Sequence record: PV040721.1
Length of the DNA stretch: 44,228 bases
Source: Escherichia phage BUCT825
Strand: one strand, 5' to 3'
The notes beneath the pieces were generated by a model. The model was given only the letters and a program-made list of their open reading frames with translations, ran no database searches and was not told the origin of the DNA. This document shows, in pieces, positions 14,728-23,201 of the stretch. The number at the start of each line of letters is the position of its first letter. The stretch's first letter is position 1. A program made the translations under genes and the position numbers.

Positions 14728-15238
14728 TGGACTTACCGCAGATAAGCTGCGCGAGGTTTTACACTACGACCCCGATACCGGAGTTTTTACATGGAAAGCT
14801 ACACGTGTGCACAATGCTCGGGCGGGAAGTGAGGCTGGCGCCAACCATTGTGCAGGCTATCGCTCCATAGCCTTCGGTGGGAAGCGGTACTTGGCGCATC
14901 GTCTCGCTTGGCTATACATGACAGGGGAATGGCCCAACTCCCTAATAGACCACATAAACGGCGATGGTCGTGATAATAGATTCTGTAATTTACGTGAAGC
15001 CAACAAATCCGAAAACGGATGCAACAAAGGGCCAAGAAAGGACAGCAAATCCGGTATTAAGAACGTTATGTGGCAGAAGCAACAAGGAGGATGGTACGTT
15101 CAATTAAAAATACATAAGATTAAGTATTTTTACGGATACTTTGCGGACCTAGAACTAGCCGCGCTAGTTGCCGAAGAAGCTAGAGAGAAGATACACGGGG
15201 TTTTCGCGAACCATAAATTACGGGAAGGTGCTTTATGA
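14654..15238 (+). CDS. HNH homing endonuclease with AP2-like domain (likely start GTG 14705)
   Basis: HRLAWLYMTGEWPNSLIDHINGDGRDNRFCNLREANKSEN (HNH); conserved N-terminal LTADKLREVLHYDPDTGVFTW; stop overlaps endolysin ATG (ATGA). Confidence 0.8.
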   Translation: MRCARFVRRGCRTEGISVSRNISDNGLTADKLREVLHYDPDTGVFTWKATRVHNARAGSEAGANHCAGYRSIAFGGKRYLAHRLAWLYMTGEWPNSLIDHINGDGRDNRFCNLREANKSENGCNKGPRKDSKSGIKNVMWQKQQGGWYVQLKIHKIKYFYGYFADLELAALVAEEAREKIHGVFANHKLREGAL

Positions 15239-15717
15239 GAAACATTAGCAACAATGGCATCAAATTCACCGCAGCGTTTGAGGGGTTCCGCGGAACTGCG
15301 TATCGTGCTACGCCAAATGAGAAGTACCTGACTATTGGGTACGGTCATTATGGGCCAGACGTAACGCCAGGCAAGACCATCACCCCGGGACAAGGCCTCC
15401 TGTTACTGAATCGTGATATGGCTAAGGCCGTAGCTGCGGTTGACGCAGCAGCGCACCATTCACTGACGCAGGCGCAGTTTGATGCTGTTTGCGACCTGGT
15501 CTATAACGCGGGCGCTGGCGTGATTGCTGCTACTACGGGCACGGGTAAGGCGCTGCGTTCTGGTGATATCACGACGCTGCGGGCTAAGCTGGCGCTGTTC
15601 ATCAACCAGAATGGTAAACCGTTACTTGGTCTGCGTCGCCGTACTGCGGGTCGTCTGGCGTTGTTCGACGGTAAACAGTGGCAGGAGGCGGAGGCTATCG
15701 GGAGGGCTGTTAAATGA
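15235..15717 (+). CDS. endolysin, GH24 (T4/lambda-type lysozyme), 160 aa
   Basis: FEGFRGTAYRATPNEKYLTIGYGH catalytic region resembling T4 lysozyme E...D...TIGIGH. Confidence 0.85.
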   Translation: MRNISNNGIKFTAAFEGFRGTAYRATPNEKYLTIGYGHYGPDVTPGKTITPGQGLLLLNRDMAKAVAAVDAAAHHSLTQAQFDAVCDLVYNAGAGVIAATTGTGKALRSGDITTLRAKLALFINQNGKPLLGLRRRTAGRLALFDGKQWQEAEAIGRAVK

Positions 15718-15843
15718 TGGACGAATACGAAGGCGTTTAGTAAACTTACATCACGCTGCTTGTGCTTGCATACTAAGCCCTGGTAAACCTGAAGCAGCAG
15801 CCCAGGCGGTGGAGACTGCGTAGGGTTCAGGGGCTTATGCCCG

Positions 15844-15874
15844 AAACCCGGACCGCGAATCCGGGTTTTATTTT
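15844..15874 (+). terminator. Intrinsic terminator (AAACCCGGA-CCGCGAA-TCCGGGTTT followed by TATTTT)
   Basis: Perfect stem plus U-rich tail downstream of endolysin. Confidence 0.7.
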
Positions 15875-15947
15875 ACCAATTGACACCTAAGACTAATCAG
15901 ACGATACTTAAATCACCTCCTGTTCCATCCCTCTGCTCTCCAGTTTT

Positions 15948-15979
15948 ATCCCGGCCCTGACCCAGCCGGGATTTTTTTT
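15948..15979 (+). terminator. Second intrinsic terminator (ATCCCGGC-CCTGACCCA-GCCGGGAT followed by TTTTTTT)
   Basis: 8-bp stem followed by T8 run. Confidence 0.75.
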
Positions 15980-16001
15980 ATCTGTTTTCTGTAATGACTA
16001 G

Positions 16002-16030
16002 TTGACTATTATCCTCGACCCTATTATATT
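16002..16030 (+). promoter_or_regulatory. sigma70-like promoter (-35 TTGACT, 17-bp spacer, -10 TATATT)
   Basis: TTGACTATTATCCTCGACCCTATTATATT upstream of the 16065 gene block. Confidence 0.55.
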
Positions 16031-16064
16031 TACTTCATCGACAACGAGAACGGAGTAGAGAGAA

Positions 16065-16262
16065 ATGGGCAACGTATCGACGATAGAAATAACCGAAGAA
16101 CTCGAAGTTAAATGTATCGCATCAGTTATAGGGAATGGTTCGGTGGAAAAACTACAGATGAGGGCTGCTGCGGGCTACATACGCAGGGCTAATAGCGCGC
16201 AGACTGATGTTTTACGTAAACGTTACCTCGTGAAAGCGTTAGAAATACTGGAGAATAACTAA
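16065..16262 (+). CDS. hypothetical protein (65 aa)
   Basis: ATG with SD GGAG. Confidence 0.5.
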   Translation: MGNVSTIEITEELEVKCIASVIGNGSVEKLQMRAAAGYIRRANSAQTDVLRKRYLVKALEILENN

Positions 16263-16411
16263 TGAAAATTACAGATATCGAAGCATTCAAAGACGCACAA
16301 CTGATGGCACGCATCGCCGTTAGCAACCTGAGCAACAGCATCCCAGCGGCTGCATTCTGGTTCGCCGCGATGCAGACACTGAAAGCAGCTTATGCAGGAG
16401 AGAAGAAATGA
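16262..16411 (+). CDS. hypothetical protein (49 aa)
   Basis: Manual translation MKITDIEAFKDAQLMARIAVSNLSNSIPAAAFWFAAMQTLKAAYAGEKK; start overlaps upstream stop. Confidence 0.4.
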   Translation: MKITDIEAFKDAQLMARIAVSNLSNSIPAAAFWFAAMQTLKAAYAGEKK

Positions 16412-16617
16412 TCGACGTTATCGTTGGTTGCATCTATAAGAGTAATTACTCGTGGGGTGATGTAGGTGAAGTTAGTTTCATTGTAACTGCGGTTGGGTTG
16501 GACCACGTACTTATCGCCGACTACCCATTGATGAAATTCAATGAATCCTATTCAGAATATTGTGTTGGTAGAAAGGAGTTCGAGGCTAAATTTAAGTTTG
16601 CAGGAGAGAAGAAATGA
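16408..16617 (+). CDS. hypothetical protein (69 aa)
   Basis: ATGA overlap; C-terminus FAGEKK encoded by repeated junction. Confidence 0.5.
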   Translation: MIDVIVGCIYKSNYSWGDVGEVSFIVTAVGLDHVLIADYPLMKFNESYSEYCVGRKEFEAKFKFAGEKK

Positions 16618-16811
16618 AAGTTAAAGCCGCTAAAATTCTCTGGTTAGCCGCCCTTGACTATGTGACAGAGGGTAAAGTGTACGATGTGTACAACCCGACA
16701 GCTACTGGTTTCGGTTATATAGACTCCGACGACGACTGCTATATTTTCATAGACTTTGGTAACGATGAAGGTGATGGCTTCCACGGCGTTAAATGGGAGA
16801 TTGTAGAATGA
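16614..16811 (+). CDS. hypothetical acidic protein (65 aa)
   Basis: ATGA overlap both ends. Confidence 0.5.
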   Translation: MKVKAAKILWLAALDYVTEGKVYDVYNPTATGFGYIDSDDDCYIFIDFGNDEGDGFHGVKWEIVE

Positions 16812-16966
16812 GCGAACAAGGTCAAGTAAGCCAACCATTACGAGTAGGCCGTAAAGTCAGTCACACCTCGTTCCCGACACGAGAGGAGCTTATGAAACGT
16901 AACAGTTTCCCGGGGCCGGACAAGAACAAGTATCTAAATCGCATGTGGGGAGAGCGTAAAGAATGA
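16808..16966 (+). CDS. hypothetical protein (52 aa)
   Basis: Manual translation MSEQGQVSQPLRVGRKVSHTSFPTREELMKRNSFPGPDKNKYLNRMWGERKE; ATGA overlaps. Confidence 0.35.
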   Translation: MSEQGQVSQPLRVGRKVSHTSFPTREELMKRNSFPGPDKNKYLNRMWGERKE

Positions 16967-17160
16967 CTGACCGTGAATATGAAAAGATGATGGTGGAGGC
17001 TGTTAACGGCGGCGTAGACATCAGTCACGTGATGCACGTCCTGAATACTAAAATCGCTGTAGCCGAGCAAATGGTTGAGTCACTTTACGAGACACGTCGT
17101 GAACTGATTAACCGCTTCAACCTGAACAAAGCATCCGGTGATGGGCATGAAAGCGCCTGA
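16963..17160 (+). CDS. hypothetical protein (65 aa)
   Basis: ATGA overlap. Confidence 0.5.
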   Translation: MTDREYEKMMVEAVNGGVDISHVMHVLNTKIAVAEQMVESLYETRRELINRFNLNKASGDGHESA

Positions 17161-17329
17161 ACCAGTAGTGATTGATGGCGTCCTGTGGAAACCATACTCT
17201 GTTAACCATATCGACGCCGACGGGAAGAAGTTTAGCTTCTACATTTTTGCGATTAGCCGTGAGCACGCCGCCTGTGTGGTCGATGATATACGAGAAACGG
17301 CGTGGCTTGGCGATGAGATAGTGGGGTGA
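17138..17329 (+). CDS. hypothetical protein (about 60 aa; start uncertain)
   Basis: ORF overlapping 3' end of previous gene. Confidence 0.4.
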   Translation: MMGMKAPEPVVIDGVLWKPYSVNHIDADGKKFSFYIFAISREHAACVVDDIRETAWLGDEIVG

Positions 17330-17416
17330 GAGTATGAGTCTTGAGGTTGTTATAAGTCTGGTTGGTCTTAGTTACTTCATTGGGCTGTTGGTTGGGTTTC
17401 TGTGGGGTAGGTACTA

Positions 17417-17587
17417 ATGTTCAGTGACATCAACGCGGCAATCGAGGAAGCAATATGGCGTCGTTACAACGGCGAGCAACAACGGCACTTCTGCCTGGTG
17501 CAACGTGGGAACATGATTGCTGTAGTGCAGGACCGCGATAACAAATATCCGAATGCGATGTGGACAACGAGGAATTTCTTAGGATGA
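17417..17587 (+). CDS. hypothetical protein (56 aa)
   Basis: Manual translation MFSDINAAIEEAIWRRYNGEQQRHFCLVQRGNMIAVVQDRDNKYPNAMWTTRNFLG. Confidence 0.35.
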   Translation: MFSDINAAIEEAIWRRYNGEQQRHFCLVQRGNMIAVVQDRDNKYPNAMWTTRNFLG

Positions 17588-17820
17588 TTACCAGCATTCC
17601 TAACCTGATTAAAGAATTTGGCACGATGGCCGAGACGTGCCGACAAACCGGCATCAACGAAATGACGATTGCGAAGTACAGCAAAGACGTGGACTGCGAG
17701 CGCCACGTAATTTATAACAACCGTCTGATGACGCACGTTAAAACAAGCCCGGTGTTATTCACGCGCCGGGGTATCACTAAAACTGAGCAACGTATCGCAC
17801 GAGAGGAGAGCGGGGAATGA
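17584..17820 (+). CDS. small HTH-like protein (78 aa), last gene before the late region
   Basis: ATGA overlap; helix-turn-helix-like segment ETCRQTGINEMTIAKYSKD. Confidence 0.45.
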   Translation: MITSIPNLIKEFGTMAETCRQTGINEMTIAKYSKDVDCERHVIYNNRLMTHVKTSPVLFTRRGITKTEQRIAREESGE

Positions 17821-17922
17821 GACTACTAATCATCCCTAACGCCCGGGCCATTCCCGTAGCTAACGACCATTACGGCGGCGACGGTAAAAGAGCACCACGC
17901 CACGGCCTATACAACTGATACA

Positions 17923-17946
17923 AGCCCTCTACCGAGGGCTTTTCTG
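17923..17946 (+). terminator. Intrinsic terminator (AGCCCTC-TACC-GAGGGCT followed by TTTCTG)
   Basis: 7-bp stem then T-rich tail. Confidence 0.6.
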
Positions 17947-17974
17947 TACATCCCGCCCAATCCCCTTATATAAT
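17946..17974 (+). promoter_or_regulatory. candidate late promoter: extended TTATATAAT -10 with poor -35
   Basis: TATAAT at 17969-17974; no TTGACA-like hexamer at -35; followed by palindrome AGACGCG-TAGGG-CGCGTCT (17981-17999). Confidence 0.3.
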
Positions 17975-18039
17975 CCATTTAGACGCGTAGGGCGCGTCTG
18001 GTGCGCTCTGATGGTCAGACGCATATGCAAGGGGATTCT

Positions 18040-18588
18040 ATGAAGCTGAAACTCAAGCAGCCATCACCAGAGGTGGTGCAAGCTGCACATGAAGAAGCTG
18101 TTAGCGCAAACCGTCGCCGTAAACGACCGCGCGGTAAACAGAGCCTTTATCAATCATCCCGTAATTCCGCCGCGTTGTGGGACCCGGACTATTGTGACGA
18201 ATTGATTCGTTTCTTCGACCGCACGTCGTGGGAGGCTATGCCGACCGGTGCGCACGGAGACTACAAAGCAGTCATTGCGGATAAACCGCCATCACTGGCT
18301 CGCTTCGCCTTACACATCGGTGTCACTATCCCGATTATTAAGCTGTGGCTGCGCGAGATTCCCTCATTTGCAGAAGCCTATGAAACGGCACAGGCGCTGG
18401 AAGAGGCGTATTTCACTGAGAATGGGGCCGCCGGTATCTCTGCTACGTTCGCCGCCGCTAAGCTGGGCCTTAGCAAAGAGAAACCAGTCGAATCCACCGA
18501 AGAAACAGCACCGACCGAGATTATTTTCAGTGTCGCGGAGCCTGTGGGTAAAATCGTAACAACGAATATGGGCGAGGTAGAGGAATGA
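18040..18588 (+). CDS. terminase small subunit (about 182 aa)
   Basis: Immediately upstream of and overlapping TerL; basic N-terminus, HTH-like PSLARFALHIGVTIPIIKLWL, acidic C-terminus; ATG at 18040 with GGGG SD. Confidence 0.6.
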   Translation: MKLKLKQPSPEVVQAAHEEAVSANRRRKRPRGKQSLYQSSRNSAALWDPDYCDELIRFFDRTSWEAMPTGAHGDYKAVIADKPPSLARFALHIGVTIPIIKLWLREIPSFAEAYETAQALEEAYFTENGAAGISATFAAAKLGLSKEKPVESTEETAPTEIIFSVAEPVGKIVTTNMGEVEE

Positions 18589-19835
18589 GTATTCAGCTAT
18601 CCGCACCACAGGCGCTGTTCCTGAATTGCGACAATAAATATAAAGCCTATGTCGGGGGCTTCGGCAGCGGAAAGACATTTGTCGGCTGTCTGGACCTGCT
18701 TACGTTTATGCTCAAGCACCCCGGTACGCGCCTGGGCTACTTCGGCCCGACCTATCCCGCCATCCGTGACATCTTCTACCCAACATTCGAGGAAGCGGCT
18801 AACCTGCTCGGCCTTGATGTGCTGGTTAAATCCGGCGACAAAGAAGTCGTGGTTACTCGCGGTAAGACGGTGCTCGGGACCGTTATCTGCCGCTCTATGG
18901 ATAACCCCGGCTCGATTGTGGGTTTCAAAATCGCCGCAGCATGCGTGGATGAGCTCGATGTATTGAGCCGCGAGAAAGCCGAGCTGGCGTGGAACAAAAT
19001 TGTGGCCCGTATGCGTCTGGTTATCCCGGGTGTAACTAACCACATCTCTGTTACCACGACGCCGGAAGGGTTCAAGTTCGTCTACGCCAAGTTCAAAGAG
19101 AATCCGACGCCAAGTTACTCGATGGTTCAGGCTTCTACACACGAGAACGCGCGATTTCTGCCCCCGGACTACATTAGCTCACTGACCGAGACTTATCCCG
19201 CGCAACTGATTAACGCGTATCTGAACGGTGAGTTCGTCAACCTTACCTCCGGCAGCGTGTACTACGCATACGACCGACGCAAACATCGCAGCAAAGAGAC
19301 AATTCAACCGGGCGACACGCTGTACATCGGCCAGGACTTCAACGTTACGAAGAACGCCAGCGCCGTATATGTGCAGCGTAAAGACGGCTGGCACGCGGTG
19401 GCAGAACTGAAAGGCCTGTTTGATACGCCAGACACCGTGCGTGTAATTACTGAGAAGTGGAAGTCGCAGGACCACCGCATAGTCGTTTACCCGGACGCCA
19501 GCGGCAAGAACCGCAAAACCAACTCGGCATCAATCTCAGATATTGCGTTACTCCAGCAGGCCGGGTTCGATGTTCGCGCTAAATCCGCCAACCCCCCGGT
19601 TAAAGACCGTGTTTTAGCCGTGAATACCGCGCTGGAAAAAGGTAAGCTGTGGGTTAACGACCACTTATGCCCCGAGATAGCGAAGACGCTGGAGCAGCAG
19701 GCATACGACGATAACGGAGAGCCAGCTAAAGACGGCATCATTGACCATATGGCGGATGCTCTCGGCTATCCGGTAGTTTACGAGATGCCGGTGGTTAAAC
19801 CAGTAATCAACATCCCGGTGACTTTCGCACTTTAA
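18585..19835 (+). CDS. terminase large subunit (416 aa)
   Basis: Walker A GGFGSGKT, Walker B AACVDELD, C-terminal nuclease-like region. Confidence 0.85.
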   Translation: MSIQLSAPQALFLNCDNKYKAYVGGFGSGKTFVGCLDLLTFMLKHPGTRLGYFGPTYPAIRDIFYPTFEEAANLLGLDVLVKSGDKEVVVTRGKTVLGTVICRSMDNPGSIVGFKIAAACVDELDVLSREKAELAWNKIVARMRLVIPGVTNHISVTTTPEGFKFVYAKFKENPTPSYSMVQASTHENARFLPPDYISSLTETYPAQLINAYLNGEFVNLTSGSVYYAYDRRKHRSKETIQPGDTLYIGQDFNVTKNASAVYVQRKDGWHAVAELKGLFDTPDTVRVITEKWKSQDHRIVVYPDASGKNRKTNSASISDIALLQQAGFDVRAKSANPPVKDRVLAVNTALEKGKLWVNDHLCPEIAKTLEQQAYDDNGEPAKDGIIDHMADALGYPVVYEMPVVKPVINIPVTFAL

Positions 19836-19847
19836 GAGGATTATTCA

Positions 19848-21329
19848 ATGTTAACTATGAACGGTCAGAATCAGGGTGTTAAGACTAAACACCGGGAATG
19901 GCTGCATCACTTCGATAAATGGCAGAAGGTACGCCACGCGCTGGAAGGCGACCTTATTCGCTACCTGCGCAACGTCGGGAAGAACGAACCCGACCCGACG
20001 TACGCTGCGCAGCGCCAGGAAGAATACGAGAACGGCGCTATCTGCTACAACTTCACCAAGCGCACCCTGGCTGGGATGGTCGGCAGTGTCATGCGCAAAG
20101 ACCCTGAACAGATTATTCCGCCTGAACTGGAGTACCTGTTACGTAACGCGGATGGTTCTGGTGTTGGGCTGTGGCAGCACGCGCAAGACACTTTGATGGA
20201 GATTGACTCAGTGGGTCGAGGTGGGTTGCTGGTGGACGCCCCGGAGACCGCCGCGGCAACGGCGGCAGAGCAGAACGCGGGGTTATTAAACCCGGTCATC
20301 GCTTTCTATACCGCAGAGAACATCATCAACTGGCGACTGACCCGCGTCGGTTCTGTTAACCGTGTGACAATGGTCGTGTTGCGTGAAGTGTGGGAATACT
20401 CAGAACCTGGAGCAGAGTTCGAAACTAAGTTCGGTGAACAGTACCGCGTCCTTGACCTGATTGATGGTCGCTACCGCCAGCGCATTTACCGTTTCGACGC
20501 CGAGGGCGGCGCTCAGGGCGAAGTAATCGAAATCTTCCCGGAACTCGGCGAACAGTTACGCGGCAAAATCCCGTTCACGTTCATTGGTGCAAGCAACAAC
20601 GATGCAACCATTGACGATGCACCTTTGCTGCCGTTGGCTGAGCTTAATATTGGGCATTTCCGCAACAGTGCAGACAATGAGGAGTCCAGCTTCGTCGTAG
20701 GCCAGCCTACTCTGTTCATCGCCCCCGGTGAGAACATGAGCATGGAACAATGGAAAGAAGCCAACCCGCACGGAGTGCGCATGGGGTCTCGTTCAGGCCA
20801 TAACATCGGGTACGGCGGCAACGCGTTTCTGGTTCAGGCAGGGGAGAACAACCTCGCCAAACAGAATATGCTGGATAAAGAGAATCAGGCCATTCAGATT
20901 GGCGCGCAGCTTATCACCCCGACGCAGCAAATCACCGCCGAATCCGCCCGCCTGCAACGCGGCGCCGATACGTCAGTCATGGCAACAATCGCGCGTAACG
21001 TAAGCATGGCGTACACCGATGCATTGCGCTGGGTGGCTGCCATGCTTGGGCTTAGTGATGGTACTGAGATTGAGTTCAAACTTAATATGGAATTCTTCCT
21101 GCAACCGATGACCGCTCCCGAACGAGCGCAGTGGACGGCGGATATTAACGCTGGCCTGCTACCCGCTACTGCTTATTACGCGGCATTGCGCAAGGCCGGT
21201 GTAACTGACTGGACAGACGAAGATATTCGGAACGCTATCGATGATGCGCCGCTGCCGTTGGGTACTGTTACTCAGGTAGAGGGAGAGATTCCGCAGTCGG
21301 CGCAGCAACAAGACGCCACTCAGCCGTAA
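19848..21329 (+). CDS. portal protein (493 aa)
   Basis: Size and position directly after TerL, followed by terminator and head morphogenesis gene. Confidence 0.7.
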   Translation: MLTMNGQNQGVKTKHREWLHHFDKWQKVRHALEGDLIRYLRNVGKNEPDPTYAAQRQEEYENGAICYNFTKRTLAGMVGSVMRKDPEQIIPPELEYLLRNADGSGVGLWQHAQDTLMEIDSVGRGGLLVDAPETAAATAAEQNAGLLNPVIAFYTAENIINWRLTRVGSVNRVTMVVLREVWEYSEPGAEFETKFGEQYRVLDLIDGRYRQRIYRFDAEGGAQGEVIEIFPELGEQLRGKIPFTFIGASNNDATIDDAPLLPLAELNIGHFRNSADNEESSFVVGQPTLFIAPGENMSMEQWKEANPHGVRMGSRSGHNIGYGGNAFLVQAGENNLAKQNMLDKENQAIQIGAQLITPTQQITAESARLQRGADTSVMATIARNVSMAYTDALRWVAAMLGLSDGTEIEFKLNMEFFLQPMTAPERAQWTADINAGLLPATAYYAALRKAGVTDWTDEDIRNAIDDAPLPLGTVTQVEGEIPQSAQQQDATQP

Positions 21330-21339
21330 GTTCACCTAT

Positions 21340-21360
21340 AGCCCCGAAAGGGGCTTTCTT
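21340..21360 (+). terminator. Intrinsic terminator (AGCCCC-GAAA-GGGGCT followed by TTCTT)
   Basis: GNRA-type loop hairpin after portal gene. Confidence 0.65.
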
Positions 21361-21365
21361 ACAGT

Positions 21366-22442
21366 ATGCTATTAACTTTAGCGCCACAGGGTTTATCTAT
21401 GAGCTTACTTACATCTCTAATTAGCCACCAGATATGGCTGCAACGTACTGCATCCGGTGAGGTGAAAGACCTAGCACCGTTCATTCAGGAGATGCGGGAC
21501 GAAATCAAACGGCAGGTGCTGTTATTCGGCGATGATGGCCGCAGCACCGCCCGGCTGAATAAACTGTTACGCGACCTTGAAGAAGCACTGGCTGGACTTA
21601 CAGTTGACTGGCAAACAAAGCTGACAGAAGACCTTAAGGAACTGGCGGCATATGAGGCTGAGTGGAACGTAAAGACACTTACCACCAACGTTAACGCGGA
21701 ATTTGTTACACCTACCGCCGAGCAGGTGTGGGCCGCTGCCGAGTTTCAACCTCTGTCGCTAAGTGACAAGCCCGTTGACTTCACCAAGCTGATGTCAGGC
21801 TGGGGTGAAGCGGAGGTCGCGCGCCTTGTAACTGGCGTTAAGATGGGCTTTGTGCAAGGCCAAACCACACGGCAGATTGTTAAAGAAGTAGTTGGTAAAG
21901 GCGGCCTGGCTGACGTATCAGAGAAACACGCTGCTACAGTAATCCGCACCGCGCTGTCCCACGTGTCCAACGAAGCCCGTAATGAGACGTACCGCCAGAA
22001 CGACGACATTATCGAGAAATATGAGTGGGTGTCTACTCTTGATTCTAGGACCTCAGCCGTTTGCAAGGCCAGAGATGGGATGACGTGGGAAATCGGTAAA
22101 GGGCCGATGCCCCCCGCCCATCCGAACTGCCGGTCGTGCACGGCTCCGGTAATCAGTTCGGAGTTCGACTTCCTGGATAAAGGCGCAAAACGCGCGGCTA
22201 AGGGTGCGGACGGAGGTACTCAGGTAAGCGCAGACACCACTTACTACGAGTTCCTGAAACAACAACCGGCATGGTTTCAGGACCAGGCTCTAGGCCCGGT
22301 GCGGGGTAAGATTTTCCGTAACAGCGGTATATCGCCGGAAGAGTTTCGCGTAATATCTGTAGATGGTTTCGGGAATCCGCTCACGCTTAAGCAGATGGCG
22401 GAACTCGATAAACGTGTTGCTGATTATCTGAAAGGGGAATAA
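21366..22442 (+). CDS. head morphogenesis protein (SPP1 gp7 / Mu F-like)
   Basis: C-terminal LDSRTSAVCKARDGMTWEIGKGPMPPAHPNCRSC signature. Confidence 0.65.
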   Translation: MLLTLAPQGLSMSLLTSLISHQIWLQRTASGEVKDLAPFIQEMRDEIKRQVLLFGDDGRSTARLNKLLRDLEEALAGLTVDWQTKLTEDLKELAAYEAEWNVKTLTTNVNAEFVTPTAEQVWAAAEFQPLSLSDKPVDFTKLMSGWGEAEVARLVTGVKMGFVQGQTTRQIVKEVVGKGGLADVSEKHAATVIRTALSHVSNEARNETYRQNDDIIEKYEWVSTLDSRTSAVCKARDGMTWEIGKGPMPPAHPNCRSCTAPVISSEFDFLDKGAKRAAKGADGGTQVSADTTYYEFLKQQPAWFQDQALGPVRGKIFRNSGISPEEFRVISVDGFGNPLTLKQMAELDKRVADYLKGE

Positions 22443-22903
22443 TGATGGGCTTTTTCAAAGTAACTGATGTACCGTCGCGTCGCGTAGTCCAGTACGCCCG
22501 TGTGCCTGGCTCCGGCGAGAACGTGGTATTTATTGAAGATGAAAGTGTACTGGGTGCGCCCGTAGACGATATGCCGTTTGCAGATAAAACCGGTATTGCG
22601 CTACCGGCGGCGGGCATGCTTTATGAGATTCAGTACCTGGCGGATGCTGGTGATGTGTATTTCTCCGTACAACCGCAGGACGCTGAACTGGCAGACGGCA
22701 GCGCAAATATCGCTGTCGAAGTTAAGGCGGGCAAAGCACCATATGCGCTGACCTGGTACAAAGACGGGAAGGAAGTGGTTAACGCCCCGGAAGAGGCTTT
22801 GTCTCTGACGGTTAATTCTGTTGGGGAATACTTCGTTAAAGTTACTGATGCCGATGGTGTAGAGGCCGTCAGTAAAGCGGCGAAGGTCACTAAGCCAGAA
22901 TAA
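22442..22903 (+). CDS. Ig-like domain protein (153 aa), possible capsid decoration/accessory protein
   Basis: C-terminal Ig-like pattern PYALTWYKDGKEV...VGEYFVKVTDADG. Confidence 0.55.
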   Translation: MMGFFKVTDVPSRRVVQYARVPGSGENVVFIEDESVLGAPVDDMPFADKTGIALPAAGMLYEIQYLADAGDVYFSVQPQDAELADGSANIAVEVKAGKAPYALTWYKDGKEVVNAPEEALSLTVNSVGEYFVKVTDADGVEAVSKAAKVTKPE

Positions 22904-22908
22904 ACTGA

Positions 22909-22929
22909 AGCCCCGAAAGGGGCTTTTTA
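22909..22929 (+). terminator. Intrinsic terminator (AGCCCC-GAAA-GGGGCT followed by TTTTAG)
   Basis: Same hairpin as at 21340. Confidence 0.65.
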
Positions 22930-22978
22930 GTGCCTGTGATTATTCCAGTTATTCCACTCAATTGTAAATGTTGGAATA

Positions 22979-22994
22979 AACTATTCGAATAGTT
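22979..22994. promoter_or_regulatory. Perfect 16-bp palindrome AACTATTCGAATAGTT (candidate operator) overlapping a -35 hexamer
   Basis: Self-complementary sequence read directly; half-site ACTATTC recurs in several promoters. Confidence 0.5.
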
Positions 22995-23021
22995 GACTTT
23001 TCACTTAAAATGTGCTAAGCT
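22993..23021 (+). promoter_or_regulatory. candidate promoter (-35 TTGACT, 17-bp spacer, -10 TAAGCT)
   Basis: Hexamers and spacing read directly; weak -10. Confidence 0.35.
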
Positions 23022-23201
23022 CCACCTGAGCTTGTGAAGTATGAACAAGCGACCGCGGCGCGGGCAGGTAACGGAGCGGGGCGTTAGCCCTGAGTGTAGT
23101 TACGCTGACGCGTTCGGAAGGGCCATACTCTATTGCTTGTGTAAAAAGTAACTGGTTTACTGAGATTACGCCGTTTCTATGTTTAAATGATAAGGACTAG
23201 C

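Noticed and set aside
15820-15880. tRNA gene in the GC-rich structured region after the endolysin
   Set aside because: No cloverleaf-compatible arrangement or T-loop GTTCRANYC motif; the structures are simple terminator hairpins. No tRNA-like sequence noticed elsewhere either.
18597-19142. 181-aa minus-strand ORF within the terminase large subunit gene
   Set aside because: Antisense to a gene with clear Walker motifs; typical GC-rich antisense frame.
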